From an uncultured Chloroflexia bacterium (GTDB taxonomy: Bacteria > Chloroflexota > Anaerolineae > Promineifilales > UBA4811), in assembly GCA_963695825.1 (NCBI GenBank), contig CAVOHX010000021.1, forward strand, positions 2,380 to 66,379: a stretch of DNA of 64,000 nt. Reading direction: 5' to 3'. The translations under genes and the position numbers were made by a program. Below are positions 9,932 to 17,453 of this stretch, piece after piece. Below the pieces are notes generated by a model. It saw nothing but the letters and a program-made list of their open reading frames with translations, ran no database searches and was not told the DNA's origin. How positions within the stretch are numbered: the stretch's first letter is position 1; every line of letters begins with the position of its first letter.

Positions 9932-10973
9932 TTAGCCTCCGCGCTGTTCGACCATCCTAAACCAGTAATCGCTGCCCAGAGTGTCGGGGAAGGCTCGTAT
10001 CATCTCAGTCGCGCCAAATCTCCCAAGGAGCCGTCAACCTCTGCATCTCCAATGCCAGTTGGTGCGCCCTACCAAGATCGACCCCGCCTGCAACGACCTG
10101 AGCTTCCAACAATTCGTGTGTCATCCAGCGCAGGTCATAAATGGTTGCTGGCAGTTCGCCGCCCGCTATCCGAGACATCCGGTTCAACATCGCCTGATTG
10201 TACGGGGCCCACTCATTGTTGATGGCGCCAATAGACCGAAGGTGTTGTTCAGCCTTGGCAATGTTCTGTGGGTTGATCAGGGCGTTGATCTCGTTGGACG
10301 GATCACCATCGCTCGAGAGGGCGTCAATTGCGCGGGTGCCCAGCTCACGTGTCGCAACGAGTTCATTTGTGCAATCCGAGTCGGCACACGCTGCCCCAAG
10401 CATAGCGGAGACGGTCGCTGCGAGCGCCTCAGCGCCGTCAACGACTAGTATGGATCCCACCGCCAGTGAGCTAGCGGCCACAGCAAGGAAACCAAGGGTT
10501 TCGCGAATCTGGCGCGGGTTCGGTCGTGTGTTTGGCGGCGACCAATAGGAGCGACGGCAATATCGACAGATATCCTGATCAGGGAACTTGTCGGGCGAAT
10601 CCACGATATGCCCGGATGGATCGGTGTGGCGAAGCGGGTTCCCCAGGCCGTATGCATATCTGTTTAGGGATTGAGGGTTCGCCGGATCGGGGACAATCGT
10701 ATCCGGCGACAGAAACCGGCCGATCGTCGGGTCCTGCCAACGGGCGCGCATGTCGAGGAGTTTTATGTCAAGCGCGTGGCGATGGTCGGTATAGCCCCGG
10801 TCCGTCAGGTCCTCATCCGGCTCGACGCGCATCCCTCCAAAGGGGAGGTACCGCGCGCTGTCCACCAGTTCGTGGGCGTTGCTATACTCGTGGGAGACGG
10901 CCGCGATGCTACCCAGGTGGTCGGTGTGAAAGTAGTAGACCTCGTCGTCTTCGCCATCGACCTCGACCCGCAT
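9932..10973 (-). CDS. Rhs core + C-terminal toxin C (HExxE...AH motif); probable frameshift ~10010
   Basis: HTDHLGS, RGYTDH, ARWQDP.IGRFLSPD and NPLRHTDPSGH (Rhs cleavage motif). Tip NQAMLNRM...WMTHELLEAQ...RAHQLAL. The ORF stops at 10005, but a shifted frame continues ATEMIRAFPDTLGSDYWFRMVEQRGG* to 9932. Confidence 0.75.
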
Positions 10974-12269
10974 GGCGACCCACTGGTCGCTCGTGAAACA
11001 GATGATGCTGCCTCGCCTGTGCATCGTTCGCTGCCCGATGACATTATTGCATGGAACGGCCAGGGGGTCAACCAGATAGCTCAAAGATTGGGATGAGGAA
11101 ACCGCGCATGCAGGCCGGCACCCAAACAACCCCTCGATTCTCAATCGACCACCAGGCCGTTCCACCGGTCAATACGATCGCGCCATAATGATGAAATACC
11201 CACCACAACAGGCCACTATTGCCAGACACACAACTGCAATCGCCAGGATCGCCTGGAAGAGCGCGGGTCTCGACTCGGGGACAGCGCGGTCGCTTCTCCG
11301 GCGGCCGCGCCACTCGGTGATGGCGGTGCGACAACTGACGACGATGGTTGTGCCACCAACCACAAAGACTGCAACGCCAAGTAGAATCAAGACAGAAAAC
11401 TCAATGCCATGCCCTCCTAGATCAGGCAGGTCGAGAACGTTATTCGTCCCCGTCCAGGACCACCACCGACCAGCAGCCATGAGCACTAGTCCAATGAGAA
11501 TGGCAACAACATAAGAGTAGAACTGATGTCAGCGTGTTCCTTCTCACTGCCACCTCGACGGCATAAGATCAACGCCACGGCGGGTTGCTGGCTGACCATT
11601 GAACATCTCGGCGAACCAACGCAGGAGGAAGTGCCAAATGTAATACTGGCTCTCGTCAACCATGGCCATGTCCCACGGATCATTGGGATCAAACTCGTCA
11701 GGGTCAAGCAATTCCAGAAGCGAGTGTCCCCCATGGCCCCAATCAATCGCATGCCCCAGGCGGTCGTCCAAGGAGAACGGATTCAACGCCTCCAGGTCCG
11801 CCCCCACGGCGGAGAAACGATCATCCAATAACCACTGTTCGAGCCACTCCAAGCCCTGAGTAAGCATGCTGCCGATGAATCCCTGGCCGAAATGCGCGAA
11901 ATAGTCCTGGACGGCGTGAAGGTTGTAGCCAAACCGCCAGGGGTTGAGTCTGTCGGCGTTGATTGATTCCTCTATTGTCTCCCGCCCCTCCCGGTGGCAG
12001 TTCCAATGATTGGTTCCGGGAATCGGCGATAGGTTTGTGAGATTCGTCAGATCATCTGCCCACTTGTTGCCCCCAGCGATTTCGTGCGCCAGATCCGTTG
12101 CCAGTGCCGCGGCTACGTCCTCGGCCAAACCGTACATGCCCACACCGATGTTCAGTGCGCTCTGGTAAACCCACTGATAGGTCTTGTAGTAGTGCACTTC
12201 TATGTGGTAGTGCCCGCTGGGATCTTGCAGCGCTGTCGGCCGATTGTTGACATAACTCATCCGATTCAG
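10965..12269. repeat. ~1.3 kb near-identical duplication, copy 1 (copy 2 at ~14868-16171)
   Basis: Offset 3902-3903 bp. Covers toxin tip A, immunity A and the spacer. A few substitutions and one indel separate the copies. Confidence 0.92.
11169..11553 (-). CDS. membrane immunity protein A, copy 1 (one extra base near 11513 shifts the frame)
   Basis: Near-identical to the intact 127-aa copy at 15072-15455. GTG start overlaps the toxin stop; three hydrophobic segments. Confidence 0.7.
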
Positions 12270-12851
12270 CGACTGGGGATCGGTGTAGTCGGGGACGATC
12301 GTATCCGGCGACAGAAACCGGCCGATCGTGGGGTCCTGCCAACGCGCCCGCATGTCGATGAGTTTGATGTCGAGCGCTTGTCTGTGGTCGGTATAGCCCC
12401 GGTCCGTCAGGTCCTCATCCGGCTCGACGCGTAACCCGCCAAAGGGGAGATACCGCGCGCTGTCAATCAGCGCGTAGAGGTTGTCCACTTCCTGGGACAC
12501 GGCCGCGATGCTGCCCAGGTGGTCGGTGTGGAAATAGTAGACCCGGTCCTCTTCCTGTTCGCCGACGGGTTTGACCCGCATGGCGACCCGCTGGCGACCG
12601 AGGAGATAGTAGCTGCGGATGACGGTGTCCGTCACCTCGAGATGGGGGCCGGGGGTGGCGCTCCAGGTGTCGTCGGGGTAGAGGGTCAGCACCCGGTTTC
12701 CATCCCCATCGTACAGCATCTCGGTAACGGCGCCGCTGATGAGGTCTGTCACCCGCGCCAGCCGGTTCTCGACGTCCCACTCTTGCCGGAAGGCGTCCTC
12801 GTCGTCGCTACGCTGGTATGGTACGCAGTCGCTACGCAAGATGCGCGACAT
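11544..12851 (-). CDS. Rhs core + C-terminal toxin A (Zn-dependent phospholipase C/Het-C-like), copy 1
   Basis: WDVENRL, YDGDGNRV, HTDHLGS and RPTALQDPSGH. Tip with H...H, WAD, HW and GYNLHAVQDYFAH (HxxQDxxxH). Rhs homology begins ~12806. Confidence 0.78.
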   Translation of the reverse strand: MSRILRSDCVPYQRSDDEDAFRQEWDVENRLARVTDLISGAVTEMLYDGDGNRVLTLYPDDTWSATPGPHLEVTDTVIRSYYLLGRQRVAMRVKPVGEQEEDRVYYFHTDHLGSIAAVSQEVDNLYALIDSARYLPFGGLRVEPDEDLTDRGYTDHRQALDIKLIDMRARWQDPTIGRFLSPDTIVPDYTDPQSLNRMSYVNNRPTALQDPSGHYHIEVHYYKTYQWVYQSALNIGVGMYGLAEDVAAALATDLAHEIAGGNKWADDLTNLTNLSPIPGTNHWNCHREGRETIEESINADRLNPWRFGYNLHAVQDYFAHFGQGFIGSMLTQGLEWLEQWLLDDRFSAVGADLEALNPFSLDDRLGHAIDWGHGGHSLLELLDPDEFDPNDPWDMAMVDESQYYIWHFLLRWFAEMFNGQPATRRGVDLMPSRWQ

Positions 12852-13863
12852 CCAGTTTGTACCCTTTTATCCCTTCGGCCCGCAGGAGCTGCCGTAATCG
12901 CGGTGAGATGAGCAACATCGGCGTGGGCACGAGCAGCCCGCGGCGAGTGCCGACCATGTCCTTGGTCATGACTACATCGCTGCCGTCCCAGGCGCCGCGC
13001 GAAACCCACAGCTCCGATAGTTGGTTGAGGCCACTGACGTGGCCGAACGGACAGCGATGGTGGCCATCCACATCCTCGTCAAACGGATCAATACCGAACC
13101 GGGTCGGCGCGACCGTCGGCACAGCGGGTGATGCGACCACGAGTTGGTACCAGGCCGGGATGGGCCTCGGCCGGCGGCGGTCGCGCTGTTCCAGACGCTC
13201 CGCATGCTCCAGGTCCGCCCGATCTGCCAGCTCGCGCTGCTCGGGACGGTTGAGCCACACCCAGAAATCCCAGGTGGGGTGTGGAACGCCGGTCTCAGCC
13301 GCCAACCTCAAAATCTGCCGGCCGGATGGCGTCTTGGAGAGATCAACCGGATCGTCCTGGTAGCGAGCCTTGTGTCGCACGCGACGCAACTCGAAACCGG
13401 TCATTCGCGCATCGACCAGCAGCTCGGCGAGGCGCTGCGATACGATCCATTCATCGGCAATGGTGCGGGCAATGTGCTTGCTCTTTGGTGCTCTGCGCAA
13501 GTCCAGGATCAATTCCGATAGCTGCGTACGACCGGCGCCGCAAGCCGGACAGGCCGTGGTTTCGTCGTAAATTGTACCGCATTCCTCGCCGGTAGGCTCA
13601 AAGACCGCAGTAATCTCAAGGCCGAAAAGCTCCGCGGCTTCAAGTTCTTTGTGGGTGTAACGACGTTTGACCTCCCACCCGTAAAAGAACCTGGTCCCCT
13701 CTTCCTGGAGTCGCCGGTCCAACTCCCCAACCCATAGATAAAGCGGGTCGTCCACGGCAACTTCCAGGGCCCGGACAGTCTCACCAAGTACCCGTCCAGC
13801 ATCGGCCGCCAGGAAACGGCTCGCGTCCTCCTCTGGGATTCTGAACTCGACGCTCTCTCTCAT
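12832..13863 (-). CDS. putative immunity protein B (343 aa, Cys motifs)
   Basis: ATG overlaps the toxin B stop (TAATG at 13865-13861). Soluble protein with EECGT..CPACGAG and CPFGH motifs. Confidence 0.72.
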   Translation of the reverse strand: MRESVEFRIPEEDASRFLAADAGRVLGETVRALEVAVDDPLYLWVGELDRRLQEEGTRFFYGWEVKRRYTHKELEAAELFGLEITAVFEPTGEECGTIYDETTACPACGAGRTQLSELILDLRRAPKSKHIARTIADEWIVSQRLAELLVDARMTGFELRRVRHKARYQDDPVDLSKTPSGRQILRLAAETGVPHPTWDFWVWLNRPEQRELADRADLEHAERLEQRDRRRPRPIPAWYQLVVASPAVPTVAPTRFGIDPFDEDVDGHHRCPFGHVSGLNQLSELWVSRGAWDGSDVVMTKDMVGTRRGLLVPTPMLLISPRLRQLLRAEGIKGYKLDVAHLA

Positions 13864-14876
13864 TATCGCCTCGCCGAGTTCGGAGGAATCGGGTATTTCC
13901 CGTACACCTGCATCATGATGTCTCGGAGCACGGCCGGGCTCGGTTTTCCCTGTCCGTATGCCCACAGCTTCCGGAACTCGTTGGTGATGTACTGATGATA
14001 GGCGACAGGGATCCTGTATTGTGGCCCTGTGGCAGCTCCGCCGAGATATCTGGGCGTGTAGTGGTGCCATTCCATCCTGCCGGCCTTGCTGGGATATCGT
14101 TGCGCCGCCTGAGCAATCAGCTCTGCGACCGGTACTGTAGCTGCGAGGGCCACGGCTGGATTGGCGTCTGGATCATCTCCGACGCCATGCCGAAGGCGAG
14201 CCTCATAGAGGTAGCTCGCGGTATCGGGATCCAGGCCGCTCAACACTAGCTGTTCCGCAGTTATGTGAAAGATGCTGTACTGCGAAAACACTTCTAGATC
14301 CGCAACCTCCGGACTGGCAAACCACGCTTCGGGGTCTGCAAAAAGCTCAATGAAGTGCCACGGGTCATTGAGAAAGTGTATGAAGGCCTGCTCCGCGCCA
14401 AAACGATCAGAGTCAGACACACAACCGCTGTAAACAGGGTCCCACAGCGGCGAAACATCAGGCTGTTTCTCGCTATCGCAACCGGAGTCGGGATAGGCGC
14501 AGGAAAGCGCGTGTCCACTTGGGTCAGTGAAGCCCAGAGGCCGATTATTAACATAACTCAGCCGATTGAGGGACTGGGGATCGGTGTAATCGGGGATGAT
14601 CGTGTCCGGTGACAGGAACCGGCCGATCGCCGGGTCCTGCCAACGCGCCCGCATGTCGATGAGTTTTATGTCGAGCGCCTGGCGGTGGTCAGTATAACCG
14701 CGGTCGGTGAGGTCCTCATCCGGCTCGACGCGGAGCCCTCCAAAGGGGAGATAGCGCGCGCTGTCCACCAGCTCGTGGGCGTTGCCAAACTCGTGGGACA
14801 CGGCCGCGATGCTACCCAGGTGGTCGGTGTGAAAGTAGTAGACCTCATCGTCTTCGCCATCGGCCGCGACCCGCAT
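13863..14876 (-). CDS. Rhs core + C-terminal toxin B (HNH/His-Me-finger-like nuclease)
   Basis: HTDHLGS and RPLGFTDPSGH. Tip EWHHYTPRYLGG...YRIPVAYHQYITN resembles the HH-x2-P...GG...H pattern of HNH-type toxins. Confidence 0.75.
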   Translation of the reverse strand: MRVAADGEDDEVYYFHTDHLGSIAAVSHEFGNAHELVDSARYLPFGGLRVEPDEDLTDRGYTDHRQALDIKLIDMRARWQDPAIGRFLSPDTIIPDYTDPQSLNRLSYVNNRPLGFTDPSGHALSCAYPDSGCDSEKQPDVSPLWDPVYSGCVSDSDRFGAEQAFIHFLNDPWHFIELFADPEAWFASPEVADLEVFSQYSIFHITAEQLVLSGLDPDTASYLYEARLRHGVGDDPDANPAVALAATVPVAELIAQAAQRYPSKAGRMEWHHYTPRYLGGAATGPQYRIPVAYHQYITNEFRKLWAYGQGKPSPAVLRDIMMQVYGKYPIPPNSARR

Positions 14877-16171
14877 GGCGACCCACTGGTCGCTCGTGAA
14901 ACAGATGATGCTGCCTCGCCTGTGCATCGTTCGCTGCCCGATGACATTATTGCATGGAACGGCCAGGGGGTCAACCAGATAGCTCAAAGATTGGGATGAG
15001 GAAACCGCGCATGCAGGCCGGCACCCAAACAACCCCTCGATTCTCAATCGACCACCAGGCCGTTCCACCGGTCAATGCGATCGCGCCATAATGATGAAAT
15101 ACCCACCACAACAGGCCACTATTGCCAGACACACAACTGCAATCGCCAGGATCGCCTGGAAGAGCGCGGGTCTCGACTCGGGGACAGCGGGGTCGCTTCT
15201 CCGGCGGCCGCGCCACTCGGTGATGGCGGTGCGACAACTCACGACGATGGTTGTGCCACCAACCACAAAGACTGCAACGCCAAGTAGAATCAAGACAGAA
15301 AACTCAATGCCATGCCCTCCTAGATCAGGCAGGTCGAGAACGTTATTCGTCCCCGTCCAGGACCACCACCCACCAGCAGCCATGAGCACTAGTCCAATGA
15401 GAATGGCAACAACATAGAGTAGAACTGATGTCAGCGTGTTCCTTCTCACTGCCACCTCGACGGCATAAGATCAACGCCACGGCGGGTTGCTGGCTGACCA
15501 TTGAACATCTCGGCGAACCAACGCAGGAGGAAGTGCCAAATGTAATACTGGCTCTCGTCAACCATGGCCATGTCCCACGGATCATTGGGATCAAACTCGT
15601 CAGGGTCAAGCAATTCCAGAAGCGAGTGTCCCCCATGGCCCCATTCAATCGCATGCCCCAGGCGGTCGTCCAAGGAGAACGGATTCAACGCCTCCAGGTC
15701 CGCCCCCACGGCGGAGAAACGATCATCCAATAACCACTGTTCGAGCCACTCCAAGCCCTGAGTAAGCATGCTGCCGATGAATCCCTGGCCGAAATGCGCG
15801 AAATAGTCCTGGACGGCGTGAAGGTTGTAGCCAAACCGCCAGGGGTTGAGTCTGTCGGCGTTGATTGATTCCTCTATTGTCTCCCGCCCCTCCCGGTGGC
15901 AGTTCCAATGATTGGTTCCGGGAATCGGCGATAGGTTTGTGAGATTCGTCAGATCATCTGCCCACTTGTTGCCCCCAGCGATTTCGTGCGCCAGATCCGT
16001 TGCCAGTGCCGCGGCTACGTCCTCGGCCAAACCGTACATGCCCACACCGATGTTCAGTGCGCTCTGGTAAACCCACTGATAGGTCTTGTAGTAGTGCACT
16101 TCTATGTGGTAGTGCCCGCTGGGATCTTGCAGCGCTGTCGGCCGATTGTTGACATAACTCATCCGATTCAG
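14868..16171. repeat. ~1.3 kb near-identical duplication, copy 2
   Basis: Matches 10965-12269. Confidence 0.92.
15072..15455 (-). CDS. membrane immunity protein A, copy 2 (127 aa)
   Basis: Three TM segments. Start overlaps the toxin A stop at 15446. Confidence 0.75.
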   Translation of the reverse strand: MAVRRNTLTSVLLYVVAILIGLVLMAAGGWWSWTGTNNVLDLPDLGGHGIEFSVLILLGVAVFVVGGTTIVVSCRTAITEWRGRRRSDPAVPESRPALFQAILAIAVVCLAIVACCGGYFIIMARSH

Positions 16172-16735
16172 AGACTGGGGATCGGTGTAGTTGGGGATGA
16201 TCGTATCCGGCGACAAAAACCGGCCGATCGCCGGGTCCTGCCAACGCGCCCGCATGTCGATGAGTTTTATGTCAAGCGCATGGCGATGGTCAGTGTAACC
16301 GCGGTCGGTGAGGTCCTCATCCGGCTCGACGCGCATCCCTCCAAAGGGTAGGTAGCGACTGCTGTCCACCAGTTCGCGCAGTCCAGTGCGGGACTGCACT
16401 GGGTAGGTGTTGCCAAACTCGTGGGAGACGGCCGCGATGCTGCCCAGGTGGTCGGTGTGGAAATAGTAGACCTCGTCGCTTCCTCGCCGGCGGCTTCCAC
16501 CCGCATGGCGACCCGTTGGCTACCCAGGAAATAGTAGCTCCTCGTGACCGTGCCGGTCACCTCGAGGTGCGGGCCGGGGGTGGCGCTCCAGGTGTCGTCG
16601 GGGTAGAGGGTGAGCACGCGGTTTCCATCCCCATCGTACACCATCTCGGTGACGGCGCCGCTGATGACGTGCCTGTGACGCGGATGAGCCGGTTCTCGAC
16701 GTCCCACTCTTGCCGGAAGGCGTCCTCGTCGGCCG
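15446..16735 (-). CDS. Rhs core + C-terminal toxin A, copy 2; upstream core disrupted by frameshifts and a short insertion
   Basis: ORF 15446-16399 has the same tip as 11544-12851. Core pieces DEDAFRQEWDVENRL and YDGDGNRVLTLYPDD lie in ORFs 16557-16850 and 16267-16827. Confidence 0.75.
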
Positions 16736-17112
16736 AGAGGATGAGCTCGTCGAGCATCAGGTCGCCCTGCACCTGCACCCGCCTCGGGGACCCCAGAGTT
16801 TGAGCAGAGATCGTTGCCTCCTTGCACAAGCTAAAAGAGAAAACGCCCATCGGCGACGACGCCGCGCTGTCCCAGCACGCCGCCCTGCCCCGGGCCGCGT
16901 GCCGTTGAGAACAGTATACAACGAAGATGGGGGCGGGGTCAAGAGGGGTTTGTGCGGGGACGTATTGGCATCCGGCCGCGTGCTGCTCCGATCCGGCTGG
17001 CTGACAATAAAGCCCTTGTCATGAACGCCGATCACCCCCACCGGCTCGGCCGCACACCAGCGCCGGATTGTTATCCGGCGCAAGCGACTTGGGGCGGCGC
17101 GAGCACCCGCTT

Positions 17113-17140
17113 CCGCTCGGGCTGGATTACAATCCAGCCC
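17113..17140. repeat. REP-like palindrome (same family as 464 and 8546/8638), reverse orientation
   Basis: CCGCTC-GGGCTGGATT-AC-AATCCAGCCC. Degenerate relatives occur at ~16990-17080. Confidence 0.7.
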
Positions 17141-17165
17141 TTGTTGTGGGACTGCGGCCGCCACA

Positions 17166-17200
17166 TCTGTCAGTCCTCTGTCAGTCTCCTGTGGTATAAA
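17166..17200 (+). promoter_or_regulatory. direct-repeat regulator site with -10 element
   Basis: TCTGTCAGTC at 17166 and 17177 (11-bp period), followed by TGG-TATAAA. Confidence 0.5.
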
Positions 17201-17246
17201 GAGGGTGTCTGGCGGCCGATGGCGCCGCCAGAATGGAGGAGGTCAC

Positions 17247-17453
17247 ATGCGCACCATTCGCACGTTCATCGTTCGCCTGCTGGTGGACACGGACGAACCC
17301 GACGCGTTGCGCGGGGTCGTCCGCTGCATCGCCAGCGACAGCGACCACCCCTTTACCGACCATCGATCCCTGTTGGAGGTTTTGCGCACGGTCAGCCAAC
17401 CCGACCCGGCTGACCCCGATTCTCGGATTGCCCTGACTAGAGGAGGAGCGTGA
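17247..17453 (+). CDS. small hypothetical protein (68 aa) preceding the giant surface protein
   Basis: RBS GGAGGAGG. MRTIRTFIVRLL...LRGVVRCI...HPF...LLEVL resembles small Chloroflexi ORFs seen ahead of large secreted proteins. Its stop overlaps the next start. Confidence 0.65.
   Translation: MRTIRTFIVRLLVDTDEPDALRGVVRCIASDSDHPFTDHRSLLEVLRTVSQPDPADPDSRIALTRGGA

Noticed and set aside
10974-11165. N-terminal extensions MERPGGRL... of the short Rhs ORFs (also 14877-15068)
   Set aside because: No Rhs similarity. This is open-frame spacer sequence within the duplicated segment, and the true start is uncertain.
12832-14070. 412-aa version of immunity B
   Set aside because: The extension overlaps toxin B in another frame. 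The TAATG coupling supports a start at 13863.
10965-16171. Diversity-generating retroelement TR/VR pair
   Set aside because: The repeat is ~1.3 kb and spans whole genes, the differences are few and not adenine-specific, and there is no reverse transcriptase in the window.
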